A program made the position numbers and the translations under genes. From an uncultured bacterium (lineage in GTDB: Bacteria; Planctomycetota; UBA1135; GCA-002686595): a stretch of DNA of 64,000 nt. The stretch spans positions 128,001 to 192,000 of the forward strand of contig CALSNU010000003.1 of assembly GCA_943787795.1 (NCBI GenBank), in the 5' to 3' direction. Below the pieces are notes generated by a model. It was not told where the DNA came from. It made no database searches and was given only the letters and a program-made list of their open reading frames with translations. Of this stretch, positions 1 through 9,688 are shown in pieces; positions within the stretch are counted from its first letter, which is position 1, and the number at the start of each line of letters is the position of its first letter.

Positions 1-774
1 GTCACGGTGCAGCCGTCCGGTGTGGACGGCGGCGTCTTCCGGCCGGGCCTCTCCAGCGACGTCCTCCACCGGAACGGGATCCATGGCCGGGTCTTGCTCC
101 ACATGGGGCGGGTCGAGCCAGGCCGTGGGATCGAGGTCCTCATCCAGGCGTTCGCTCGCTCGCTTGGACGGCTCCAGGGGTGGAGCCTCGTGTTCTGCGG
201 GAACGGGTCCTTCCGCCCCGGCGCGCGCGCCGTGGCAGAGCGCCTCGGGATCGGCGCCCACGTTCACTCCATCGGCATCAACATCGACGCGGAGCTGCCG
301 GGCCTCCTCGCTTCCTCGACGGCGCTCCTCGTCCCTGTCCTCGATGACGACGTGGCGTCGCTGAAGATCCGGCGCAGCATGGCCTGCGGCGTGCCCGTGG
401 TCGCCTCGGATGTTGCGCGCCTCTCGGGCCTCGTGCTGAACGACGTGAACGGCCTCGTGGTGGAGGCTGGGGATCTCGAGGCCTGGCAGGCCGCGATCTC
501 AAGGCTGGCCGCTGACCCCGCTCGTCGCGAACGGTGGGGACTGGGCGCGCTCCGCCACGCAGAGGAGCGGTTCGTCTGGCCGGAGGTAGCCAACCGATTT
601 GAAGAGGTCCTCGAGGGCGTGGTGGCCGAGCGGCGCGCCTCGAGCGAGCGGACGCGGCTCCAGGGTGCCTCGGACGACGCGGAACCCGACAGCGGAGAGC
701 TCAGCCTCGCTGCCGTGGAGGCGACGATCCTCGAGGCTAGGGTCCTGGCCGGGCCCGCCGAAGAAGTCGGCTAA
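1..774 (+). CDS. Glycosyltransferase family 4 (GT-B), 5'-truncated by the window edge
   Basis: Frame is open from position 1. C-terminal GT4 motifs: LLHMGRVEPGRGIEVLIQAF, SMACGVPVVASDV, NGLVVEAGD. Confidence 0.85.
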   Translation, partial: VTVQPSGVDGGVFRPGLSSDVLHRNGIHGRVLLHMGRVEPGRGIEVLIQAFARSLGRLQGWSLVFCGNGSFRPGARAVAERLGIGAHVHSIGINIDAELPGLLASSTALLVPVLDDDVASLKIRRSMACGVPVVASDVARLSGLVLNDVNGLVVEAGDLEAWQAAISRLAADPARRERWGLGALRHAEERFVWPEVANRFEEVLEGVVAERRASSERTRLQGASDDAEPDSGELSLAAVEATILEARVLAGPAEEVG

Positions 775-809
775 GAAAGAGCCCCGCGCCGTCGGGACGG
801 CTCGGGGCT
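773..809 (-). terminator. Intrinsic terminator hairpin between convergent genes
   Basis: AGCCCCG-C-GCCGT..ACGGC-T-CGGGGCT stem (780-809), followed on the minus strand by CTTTCTT, just downstream of the STAS gene stop. Confidence 0.65.
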
Positions 810-831
810 GGTCTGGCGATCGGGGCGAGGC

Positions 832-1644
832 CTATTGGGTCGCCTTACGGAGCTCCTCCTTGAGGAACTCCATGTCCTTGGCGTACTGGCCGACGGCCTC
901 GCGCGCCTCGTCTCCGATCTCCTCGAAGGTGCAGCCCACCTTGACGCCGCCCTCACGCTCCTCGAGGAGCGTCACCGCGACCGTCGCCTCAACGAAGCCG
1001 GCCTTGAGGAGGGGGAGGCGGAACTTGGTCGTGATGCGGGTGCCCACGGCAAGCATCTGCCCCATGTCGAAGGCCGAGAGGCCAGTGTTCCCGCCGTCCC
1101 AGAGGAACCGCAGCCCGTCGGAATCGAGGCCCGACATTCGACCCAGGCCGGCCCACTCGCTGCCGAAGGCATGGTTGTGCACCGGGTTGGTCGCCTTGGC
1201 CTGCTCCACGAAGTGGCGCAGCCGTTCCTGATCCACCAACCGGAAGATGACGGAGGCCGGGTCGAGGTCCTCGGGGGAGGCCGTGGAGGTGCTCTCGACG
1301 GCCTCAGAGTTGCTGAGGGCAGCGGCCGCTTCCTCGTCGCTGGAGGCGACCTTGATGACGCGGTCGAGGCCCACCTTCTCGATGATGTCCTTGCAGAACG
1401 GTGATGGGCTGGAAATCGCCAGCCCGCCGCCGTCCTTGGTGAGGGCCTTGGAGGCCTTGATGATGGCGCCCAGCGCGGTGGAGTTGATGAACTTCACCCT
1501 CCGCAGGTTGAGCACCACATTGGGGGTACCAGCCTCCTGGATCGCCGCGACCTCCTTCTCCAGGTCAGCGCAGTAGAAGGTGTCGAACTCTCCGCGAAGG
1601 TGAAGAGTGACGTGCTGATCACCGTGCTCTGCAGTGATGTGCAT
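832..1644 (-). CDS. STAS-domain anti-sigma factor antagonist with a C-terminal PilZ-like domain
   Basis: Start re-called at MHITAEH (ATG 1644). STAS motifs LRGEFD..VVLNLRRVKFINSTALG. The C-terminal beta-rich segment (GLRF..KFRLP..VGCTFEEI..AVGQY) resembles PilZ. Confidence 0.8.
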   Translation of the reverse strand: MHITAEHGDQHVTLHLRGEFDTFYCADLEKEVAAIQEAGTPNVVLNLRRVKFINSTALGAIIKASKALTKDGGGLAISSPSPFCKDIIEKVGLDRVIKVASSDEEAAAALSNSEAVESTSTASPEDLDPASVIFRLVDQERLRHFVEQAKATNPVHNHAFGSEWAGLGRMSGLDSDGLRFLWDGGNTGLSAFDMGQMLAVGTRITTKFRLPLLKAGFVEATVAVTLLEEREGGVKVGCTFEEIGDEAREAVGQYAKDMEFLKEELRKATQ

Positions 1645-1753
1645 TTGGATTAAGGGGGTTGGGGGCCTGGTATCCCCTGGAGCCGGTACCAGGGGGGTGA
1701 GGAGTGTCCGCTCGGAATCCGTCGGCCGCAAGTGATTCCGATAGTTGCGAGGA

Positions 1754-1759
1754 TAAGAT
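1754..1759 (+). promoter_or_regulatory. -10 box TAAGAT, 6 nt before ATG (candidate leaderless promoter)
   Basis: TAAGAT-CGTGCC-ATG(1766); no SD sequence. Confidence 0.6.
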
Positions 1760-1765
1760 CGTGCC

Positions 1766-3209
1766 ATGTCCTTCTGGAACAAGCGGCCTGCGCGCCCCGC
1801 CAGTACCGATCGAGCCCCCGTTGAGCCCCGCGCTGGGCTCTCAGCGGAGGCCGAGGCCGCGGCAGACACCACCACATTCCTGAGCGGCGATACGCGGGAG
1901 GACACCCGTTCCCTCGGCGTGCTGCTCGACACCATCGCCAGGGTGTCCGCGTCCCGGGACCTCGAGACTCTCCTGGACTACGTGGTGGATAGCTCGGTGC
2001 AAGCCACGGGAGCCGAGCGCGGCTTCCTCGTGCTGATCGACGAGAAGAGCGGGAAGCAAGTGGTCCGGGTGGCACGCGCCCTGAGCCCGGCGGGCGAGCC
2101 TGGCTCCATCGGCAGAGACTCCCAGTACTCGACGTCGGTGGTCAAGCGTGTCGTCGACAGGCAGGAGCCCATCCGGACCAGCGTTCAGAAGGACTCCGAG
2201 GAGCTCGACCTGGGCAACTCGGTCTTTGACCTGAAGCTCCGCGCCGTGATGTGCGTCCCGCTCACGACCCGCGGCAGCGAGGGCGGCGCTGGACCGTCCT
2301 CCGATGGATCAACAGTGGGGGCGCTGCCCAAGGGAACCCTCTATGTGGACTCTCGCGCAGCGACCCGAGACTTCAAGCCCGAGGACCTCGCCCTCTTCCA
2401 CGCCCTCGCCCAGCACATTGCGATCGCGCTGGAGAACGCGCAGCTCAACCTGCACTCGATCGAGCGGGCCCGACTGGAGCGCTCGCTCGAGATCGCAGCT
2501 GAGATCCAATCGGGGCTCATGCCGAAGTCTCCGCCTCAGCAGGACGGCTTCGACCTCTTCGGTTGGTATCGCAGCGCCGAGCACGCCTCTGGAGACTTCT
2601 ACGACTTCGTGAAGACCCGTGATGGCGGCATCGCCGCGGTCATGGGGGATGTCACGGGGCACGGCGTGGGGCCGGCGCTCATCACGGCCACCGCCCAGGC
2701 GAGCCTCCGGAGCTACGCCCGGGTGCTTGGAGATCCTGGGTCGGTCGTGACGATGCTGAACAGCGACCTCTCCGAGCGCATGGACGACGGGATGTTCCTG
2801 ACGCTGTTCATGGCGGCGCTCGGTCAGGGCGGTGAGCTGCAGATGCTCAACGCCGGACACACGCCGCCGCTGGTGTGGCGCGCCGCGTCGCAGACGATCG
2901 AGTCCGTCGGGGCCGACGGCCCCGCAGTCGGCCTCATGGATGACCTTGAGTACCGCGTGGGGCAACCGCTCCAGCTGTCCCAGGGAGACATCCTGCTCGT
3001 GTTCACCGATGGCCTCGTGGAGGCACGCCACCCAGACCTCCCGGACCGCCTCTTCGACGAGCACGGAGTGCGTGCGGTCCTGTCGGATCAGGGATTCAAG
3101 GGGGCGAGCGCCCGCGAGTGTGTGGAAGCCGTGGCGGCGGCAGCGCTCGAGTTCTCCGGCAACGCCCGCGAGGACGACATCACGATCCCTCGCGATTCGG
3201 AAGGTCTGA
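1766..3209 (+). CDS. GAF + SpoIIE/PP2C phosphatase (RsbU-like), apparent +1 frameshift near the 3' end
   Basis: GAF domain, then SGDFYDF, GDVTGHG, NAGH, FTDGL, DDIT. Removing one C at 3187-3189 gives the canonical end DDITILAIRKV* at 3209; as written the frame ends at 3244. Confidence 0.9.
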
Positions 3210-3227
3210 TTCGGGCGACCGGAGGCC

Positions 3228-4149
3228 ATGAACGGCTCCCCTGAACGCCGCGAGGTTCCGCCGCTTCCCTCGCCCGAGGTCGAGCTTCCCGGGACCTATC
3301 TCTCCCGGATCGGTGCGTTCGCGACCCAGCTCGCCGCGGCGCGGGAGCGGGAGGAGGTCGGGCGCCGGCGGACGCTGCAGGGCGACGGGCAGGAGTTTGT
3401 GGGGCACCGGCCCTATCGACCGGGCGAGGACCTGCGGCGCTTCGATTGGGACCTCCTCGCTCGCCTCGATCGCCCCTATGTCCGCGTCCACCGCTCCGAG
3501 GCGCGGGAGGACTGGTGGATCGCCGTGGACGCCAGCGCCTCCATGGGGGTCGGTCGGCCAGGCAAGCTCCAGTCCGCGGCGGAGGCCGCAGGAGCGTCGA
3601 TCGCGGTCGGTCTGCGCCTGGGGGCCCGGATCACGCTCGTCTCGAGCGGAGGCGAGGGGCCCTCTCGACCCGTCCAGCTCACGAGGACCGCCGAGCTCGG
3701 TCATGGGCTCACGGCGCTCGGCTCGATGTCGGCCGGCGGTCGGGGAGGCCTTGAAGACCTGGTGGCGAGTCGCGGCCACCGCGCGGGGGCGCGGGGCTGC
3801 GGCCGGCTGCTGCTCTTCGGCGACTTCATCGACGTGGACCCCGCCGACGTGCTCCGCCTTCTCGGAGGGCGGCGCCGGCTTCACCTCGGACAGGTCCCTC
3901 GCGCCAGAGGAGTGGAACCCCTCGCTCGCGGGCATCGGCAGCAGCGGCGCCGACTCGTTTGTCGACCCCGAGTCGGGGGCTCGTCGGCGTCCGGGTGAAG
4001 ACCCTCGCCGCGGGCTTGAACGCTACGAGCAGTCCCTCGAGGCGCTCGTGGCGCGCTGGTCGGACCTCGCGGCAGCGCACGGCGTGAGCCACCGCGCGTG
4101 GTCCTCGGCTGATGCGTTCGAGCGCTTCTTACCGGACCTTCTGCGATGA
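3228..4149 (+). CDS. DUF58 (vWA-like) protein, split by a +1 frameshift at 3896-3898
   Basis: GDGQEFVGHRPYRPGEDLRRFDW and VDASASM motifs. Removing one C joins HLGQV to LAPEEWNP..FVDPESG..LPDLLR*, whose stop overlaps the next start (ATGA). Confidence 0.85.
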
Positions 4150-5543
4150 CGGCCCTCGGGATCCTGGGCTGGGCGCTGACGGTGCCGGGCGCGCTCGCGG
4201 GGCTCCTGCTCCCGCTGGGGATCATCTTGCTCTCCTTCCGGCGCCGGCAGCCACGACTGGTGGCGTTGGGGACGGCCCGCCTGTTCGAGGACCGTGAGGC
4301 ATCGGCGGCGTCGCGGCGCCGCTGGCAGCTCTCGGGCTCGCGCTGGTGGGCCGTGGTGGCGCTCGTGCTCGGGATCCTGGCCGCCGGGCGGCCGCGGCCT
4401 GCGGCTGAGGATCAGGCGGTCTTTGTGCTGACCGTCCACGTGGACCGCAGCCCCTCCATGTTCCTCCCTGCGGAGCCGAGCGAACCCGGTGGAGAACGTC
4501 GAATCGACCGAGCGGTTGACGCCGCGACCGCGTGGCTCGCGTCCCTGGACCCGGCGGTGGAGCGGGCGGTGGTCCGCTGGCGTGCGCTGGAGCCCGGAGG
4601 CCTGGATGTCACCCTCGACGCCGGGGACGGATGTCCGGCTGGGCTCCTGGAGGCACCTTCCCGGGCGAACCCGAATCCGCGTTGGGGCCGTTTGGTCGCG
4701 CCAGGCGCGATCTTCGTGACGGACGAGGGGCTCGCTCCCGCGGCCCTCCGTTCGAGCGGGGTCGGGCTCTTCGCGTCGGGCGGGCTCGCGGTGCCAGGGG
4801 CGGTGGCGGCGGGGAGCGACGGGCTCCTGAACTGGAGTGGAGAGGACGACGCTCCGCTTCAGCTCGGAGCCGAGGATGAAGACCTGCGGGTCGTCATCGG
4901 CAGAGAGCTCGCGGCGCCGCTTCGGTCCCTGGCGTCGCTCTGGGCAGAGGAGCGGGGGCTCGCGGTGGGGGGCGCGCCCCAGGGAGCGTCGCTCACGATC
5001 CGGCAAGCTGCATCGCCGGCGGATGACTCTGGGAATCCCAGGAGCTCCTCCACGGTGGGCCGAGACGGCTGGTCGGCGAGGGTCGAGGTGAGTCGGGGCC
5101 CCAGCGCGGACGGGGGCCTCAGCGCGGACGGGGGCCCCATCGCGGACGGAGGCTTGAGCGCGGACGGGGACCAGGGCTGGAGGCCCTGGCTCCTCGATGA
5201 GGCGCGGCAGTGCCTGGTTCGCGCGCGGCGCGGCGAGGTGGAGGTCGGCTTCTCCAGGATCCTGCCCGAGCCCACCTCGATGGAGGCCTTCGCCGTGTCC
5301 TGGGCTCGGCTGCTGGACGAGCACCTCGCGCCGCCAGGGGCGGTGGTCGCCCTCCAGGAGCGGCGCGCCGCCGGGGCTGCGGTCTCCCGAGCGCCGGCCC
5401 TCGCAGGAGCCCTCGATCCAGAGGTCCTCTCCCGGCGCGCCAGGCGAGCCTCCCGGGGCAGGAGGGCCGAGCTGCTGCTCTCGGTGGGCGCCGCTGCCGC
5501 GGGCCTATTGTCCCTGGTCCTGAGGCTGCGCGGTTCGGCGTGA
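4146..5543 (+). CDS. BatA-like N-terminal domain / vWA-like membrane protein
   Basis: N-terminal LLPLGIILLSFRRRQPR..GTARLF (BatA-like), second TM, VDRSPSM MIDAS-like motif, C-terminal TM. Follows the DUF58 gene. Confidence 0.7.
   Translation: MTALGILGWALTVPGALAGLLLPLGIILLSFRRRQPRLVALGTARLFEDREASAASRRRWQLSGSRWWAVVALVLGILAAGRPRPAAEDQAVFVLTVHVDRSPSMFLPAEPSEPGGERRIDRAVDAATAWLASLDPAVERAVVRWRALEPGGLDVTLDAGDGCPAGLLEAPSRANPNPRWGRLVAPGAIFVTDEGLAPAALRSSGVGLFASGGLAVPGAVAAGSDGLLNWSGEDDAPLQLGAEDEDLRVVIGRELAAPLRSLASLWAEERGLAVGGAPQGASLTIRQAASPADDSGNPRSSSTVGRDGWSARVEVSRGPSADGGLSADGGPIADGGLSADGDQGWRPWLLDEARQCLVRARRGEVEVGFSRILPEPTSMEAFAVSWARLLDEHLAPPGAVVALQERRAAGAAVSRAPALAGALDPEVLSRRARRASRGRRAELLLSVGAAAAGLLSLVLRLRGSA
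5103..5168 (+). repeat. In-frame 18-bp tandem repeat (SADGGx) x4
   Basis: AGCGCGGACGGG-like units at 5103, 5121, 5139, 5157. Confidence 0.85.
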
Positions 5544-6551
5544 GCGTGTGGCGTGCTGGTGCCAGCGAAGCGCCAGCAGGCCGACGGCCATGGCGAACCA
5601 GAGGGTGCAGAGGCGGGTGACCAGGGTGACGGAGAAGGCCGTGCCGCGGATCGCTCCGCTCGCGAGACCAGCGGCCCTGTACCCGGACTCGAGCAGACCC
5701 GTGAGGAGACCCTCGGTGACGCCGAGGCCACCCGGCGCGATGACGACCACCGCACCCGCAACGGCAGACAGGGCGAAGGCGTAGGTCACGTTGGCGAGTG
5801 AGAGGCCCTCCACCGCGCCGATACCGGGCGGCAGGACGGACCGGGCCACGACCCAGCAGGCCACGCACTCGAGGGACCATCCGAGCGTCGCCAGCAGCGT
5901 GGCCAGGGGCAGCTCTCTCGGGGAGAGGAGCCGCCTTGAGGCGTCGAGGCTCTCGTCCAGTCGGCCGGCCATGGAGCCGATCAGCGGGAGGCGCGCCACG
6001 ACGCGCGTGACCGTACTGGAGGCGCCCCGTGATCCCACGAGGACGAGGAGGCTGGCGGTCAGGGCGAAGGCGGCGCCGCTGATCCAGGCGTGATCCGCCG
6101 CCGTTGAGGTGAAGGCGATCAGGACGAGGAAGCCGAGCAGGTCCGTGAGCCGTTCCGCCAGGACGATTGGCGCGCTGCGGGCGATGGGGGTGCCGTCCTC
6201 TGCCCGGAGGAGCCACGACTTCATGGCCTCGCCCACCTTGCCGGGGGAGACGGTCAGGGAGAGGCCGGCGAGGTAGATCCGCAGGGAGCTCCAGCCTCGC
6301 ACCTCGCTACCGGTGAGCGTCAGGTAGCGCTGCCAGCGCGGGAACCGGACCAGGTAGTTTGCCAGCGAAAGCGAGCATGCGACGACAGGCGCCCACCAGG
6401 GGATCGCTCGCAGCGCCTCACTCAGCCCGTCTAGGTCCGCCCACAGGGCCATGGCGGCGTAGACCGCGAGGCCAAGGATCACCGCGATGAGCAAGCGGCG
6501 CTGCAGGCCCGGGGCGCCGGCGCGCTCCGGCGGTTGCTCCACCGCGTTCAA
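5505..6551 (-). CDS. Lysylphosphatidylglycerol synthase TM / flippase-like (UPF0104) membrane protein
   Basis: SPGKVGE, ERLTD, APGGLGVTE and TRLCTLWF motifs; multiple TMs. Confidence 0.85.
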   Translation of the reverse strand: MNAVEQPPERAGAPGLQRRLLIAVILGLAVYAAMALWADLDGLSEALRAIPWWAPVVACSLSLANYLVRFPRWQRYLTLTGSEVRGWSSLRIYLAGLSLTVSPGKVGEAMKSWLLRAEDGTPIARSAPIVLAERLTDLLGFLVLIAFTSTAADHAWISGAAFALTASLLVLVGSRGASSTVTRVVARLPLIGSMAGRLDESLDASRRLLSPRELPLATLLATLGWSLECVACWVVARSVLPPGIGAVEGLSLANVTYAFALSAVAGAVVVIAPGGLGVTEGLLTGLLESGYRAAGLASGAIRGTAFSVTLVTRLCTLWFAMAVGLLALRWHQHATRSRRTAQPQDQGQ

Positions 6552-8734
6552 GGCGCGGAGCCGGCGTCGACGGGAGCGTCAACGCGCTGGCCCTTGAGGA
6601 AGAGGATCAGGACCAGGGCCCCTGTCCCCAGGGCGAGGGAGAGCACGGGGGAGACGTCGAGGAAGGTCACGGGGAAGTACCCGATGCCGAGGGCCACCAA
6701 CATGGTGAGGATGGCGTAGGGGGCCTGGGTTCTGACGTGATCGATGTGATCCGACGCGCAGGCGATGGACGACATCACGGTGGTGTCCGAGATGGGGGAG
6801 CAGTGGTCTCCAAAGATCGCCCCCTCGAGGACGGCGCCGATGCAGATCACCATCAGGGTCAGGCCGAAGGCGCGCGGGTCGGTGTCCGCAGCGACGCTGG
6901 CGAAGCCGATGTCGTAGCTCAGCCCGATGACCAGCGGCAGGAGGATCGTCATCGTGCTCCAGGAGCTCCCCGTGGAGAACGCGATCACGCCCGCCAGGAG
7001 GAAGAGGATCAGCGGCAGGACCATGTAGGGGATGGCCTCCGAGATGGTCGCGGAGAGGTACTCCGCCGTGCCGAGGTCCTCGCAGGTCTGGCCGACCATC
7101 CAGGCGAGGTAGAGGATGACGACGGCGATGAACATGGCCTTGATGCTATTCGCCGAGGCGCGGAGGACCTCCAGGGGGGGGAGGCCGCGGGTCATGGCGA
7201 TCAGGCTGGCGGAGGCGAAGCCGACGATGGCGCCGACCATCAGGGGGCGGTTGCCGCTCCCCGCATAGAGGATCCCCGTGGCGGCCTCCAGCCACCCGCC
7301 CTCGTGGCCCCCGGCAGCGGCCACGAAGGGGAAGCTGGTGGCCCGCTCGATCAGGCCGATGTCCAGGGCGCCGACCCAGACGATCATGCCCAGCACGGTC
7401 ATCAGGAACAGGGCCAGGGGAATCAGGGCCGTGGACGCCTTCGCCACCGTGCCCTCTGCGGCTTCCAGCTCCGTGGCCGCCTTGCCCACGAGCGGCGTGG
7501 CTCCGTCGCGGAGCACCTTGCCCGCGCGCGCCCGCCGCTCGGCCCGGAGCATGGGCCCGAAGTCCCGACCGGTGAAGACGTTGAACCCGACGAAGATCAG
7601 GGTGAACCAGCAGTAGAAGCGGTACGGGAGGGTCTGGAGGAAGATGGCGTACCCGTCAGACGGCGCCAGCCCGGCGTCGGGGAGCTGCGCGCTGAAGGTG
7701 CTCACCTCGAAGGCGATCCAGGTCGAGAGGATCGACACGCCGGCCACCGGCGCCGCCGTGCTGTCGACGATGTACGCGAGCTTCTCCCGGGCGACCTTGA
7801 AGCGATCCGAGAGCGGCCGCATGGTCGAGCCGACCAGGATGGTGTTCGCGTAGTCGTCGAAGAAGATCGCGAGGCCCATGAACCACGTGGCGATCTGCGT
7901 CTTCCGCGCGTCGCGGGCGAGCCCCGCGATCTGGTTCATGACGCCACGGATGCCTCCCGCGCGCGTGATCACTCCGACCATGGCGAGCATGAAGACGACG
8001 AACAGGATGATCTCGGTGCGCGCGTGGTCCTGAAGCTGCCCCTTGAGGTAGACGGTGACCGTGTCCACCAGGGCGCCTCCGGCGGAGGCCGCCAGCCCGG
8101 CGCCCTCGCCGCTGCGGACGAGAAAGGCCCCGGCGATGACGCCCATGAGCAGGGCAAGCACGGGGCGACGAAAGAGGATCGCCAGGAAGATGGCGACCAG
8201 GGGCGGGAGCAAGGAGCGCTGGGTGATCTCGAGGCGCGGGCCCGCGCGCTCGGAGATTGGCCCTCCGTCGATGCTCGCGGCCAGAGCCCCTTCTCCCTCG
8301 CCAACGCTGAACTCGAAGTTCACCCCGCCCGGAGCGGGCTCCTTTGGGGCGGGCTTCTTCAGGGCGGGGATCTCGATGGCGAGCCTCTCGTCGGCGACGA
8401 TCGACCTGAGCTTGCGGATCAGCGAGCTACCTGCGGTGCGGTCCCAGTTGGGGTCAAACCCCTCGCCTTCCCGCAAGACGTCGCTCAGCACCCGAGTGCC
8501 CCCGATGAGCAGCCGTCTGGTCGGCTTGCCGTCCTCCCCTGAGACCTCGACCACGGCCTCGCTCTCCAGGACGTCCTGCCACATGGCGCGCGGCTCACCG
8601 TCGGGCCCGTCGACCGTCAGAAGGAGGAAGTCGCCGGCCTGCTTGGCGCCCAGGAGCGTGGGGCTGGCCCCGTCGGCGGTGAACAGGAGGGCCGCGAGAG
8701 CGGCGAAGACGAGGAGGGAGGCGGCCCGGATCAT
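6548..8734 (-). CDS. Na+/H+ antiporter NhaC family protein with N-terminal extracytoplasmic extension
   Basis: IFFDDYAN, EKLAYIVDSTAAP, FSTGSSWSTM, GAIFGDHCSPISDTT, DHIDHVRTQ motifs. Confidence 0.9.
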   Translation of the reverse strand: MIRAASLLVFAALAALLFTADGASPTLLGAKQAGDFLLLTVDGPDGEPRAMWQDVLESEAVVEVSGEDGKPTRRLLIGGTRVLSDVLREGEGFDPNWDRTAGSSLIRKLRSIVADERLAIEIPALKKPAPKEPAPGGVNFEFSVGEGEGALAASIDGGPISERAGPRLEITQRSLLPPLVAIFLAILFRRPVLALLMGVIAGAFLVRSGEGAGLAASAGGALVDTVTVYLKGQLQDHARTEIILFVVFMLAMVGVITRAGGIRGVMNQIAGLARDARKTQIATWFMGLAIFFDDYANTILVGSTMRPLSDRFKVAREKLAYIVDSTAAPVAGVSILSTWIAFEVSTFSAQLPDAGLAPSDGYAIFLQTLPYRFYCWFTLIFVGFNVFTGRDFGPMLRAERRARAGKVLRDGATPLVGKAATELEAAEGTVAKASTALIPLALFLMTVLGMIVWVGALDIGLIERATSFPFVAAAGGHEGGWLEAATGILYAGSGNRPLMVGAIVGFASASLIAMTRGLPPLEVLRASANSIKAMFIAVVILYLAWMVGQTCEDLGTAEYLSATISEAIPYMVLPLILFLLAGVIAFSTGSSWSTMTILLPLVIGLSYDIGFASVAADTDPRAFGLTLMVICIGAVLEGAIFGDHCSPISDTTVMSSIACASDHIDHVRTQAPYAILTMLVALGIGYFPVTFLDVSPVLSLALGTGALVLILFLKGQRVDAPVDAGSAP

Positions 8735-8740
8735 GCACGC

Positions 8741-8746
8741 ATCCTA
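8741..8746 (-). promoter_or_regulatory. -10 box TAGGAT, 6 nt before ATG (candidate leaderless promoter)
   Basis: Minus strand TAGGAT-GCGTGC-ATG(8734). Confidence 0.6.
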
Positions 8747-8859
8747 GGGAGCGCCGGTGGGCGGGGCCAACGGCCAGCCGGACGGCTCTGGGATCCGCCC
8801 CGATGAGTTCCCAGGTGGCTCTGGTATGGTTCGGCCTCGAAGACGCCCCCATACCCTCC

Positions 8860-9633
8860 ATGCCCTCCCCCAAACGCCTCCCCCTCCTGCTGGCCCTGGT
8901 GCTGGCCCTCGCGGCTGGCGCCCTTCCCCATTCCGCCGCTCTGGCCCAAGGGCCGGATCAGGGCTCCCCGTTCGTGGACGCGCCGCTGCCCTTCGAGCAG
9001 CTCAAGGCGGCCCCGGATTCCTCCTTCAACATCCTCGTGGCCTCCCTCGGGGTGTTCCTGCTGGTGCCCATCACAGCGGCGGCCTTCATGGCGCTCGCCC
9101 GGCTGCGCAACATGGAGGAGTCCCTCCGTGGGGAGCTCAAGCAGCTGCGAGAGGCCGCGGGAGCGTCCGCCGGTGAGGGCCGCGGCGAGCAGGGCGATCA
9201 GGTCGCGGAGGCGCTCGGGGCCCTCACCCGCGCGCTGGAGGCCAAGGGAGAGACGCAGGCGTCCAGCGAGGCCGACCGGATCATCGCGGCGCTCGGTGAA
9301 CTGCAGGCTGCTCATTCAGCCAGCGCGAAGGCGCAGGCCGATCGTCTACAGGAGGCCCTTGCGTTGATGGCAGCCGGCGGCGCTGTGCAAGGGGAGCGAC
9401 AGGGAGCACCCCACAGCCCGCTCGATGCTGCCCGCGCCTTTCTCGAAGAGCTCGGCTACTCGGACGTCAAGATCGTGACCCCCTCCGAGGCGATCACCCC
9501 GGCGCTCCTCGCCGAGGGAGACCTCGTCGTGGAGGCGCGCCGCGAAGGCGCGACCCACAAGGGCCGGGTCCGCTTCGAGGGCGGCGCCCCCGCCGACGCT
9601 CAGCTCAAGGGGGGTCACGGGATGTTCCCCTGA
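8860..9633 (+). CDS. Hypothetical membrane-anchored coiled-coil protein
   Basis: Signal peptide (LLLALVLALAAG..ALA-Q), one TM, helical Ala/Glu-rich region; coding-like GC3 bias. Start uncertain. Confidence 0.65.
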   Translation: MPSPKRLPLLLALVLALAAGALPHSAALAQGPDQGSPFVDAPLPFEQLKAAPDSSFNILVASLGVFLLVPITAAAFMALARLRNMEESLRGELKQLREAAGASAGEGRGEQGDQVAEALGALTRALEAKGETQASSEADRIIAALGELQAAHSASAKAQADRLQEALALMAAGGAVQGERQGAPHSPLDAARAFLEELGYSDVKIVTPSEAITPALLAEGDLVVEARREGATHKGRVRFEGGAPADAQLKGGHGMFP

Positions 9634-9688
9634 CCTCACCGCCACCCTCTTCGACCGTCCTCCCCGCGCAACGCGACACCACAAGCCC

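Noticed and set aside
1752..1766. Sigma54 promoter on the minus strand (TGGCACG...)
   Set aside because: The -24 half is good but the -12 position reads TATC rather than TTGC; the site is better explained as the -10 box and start of the phosphatase gene.
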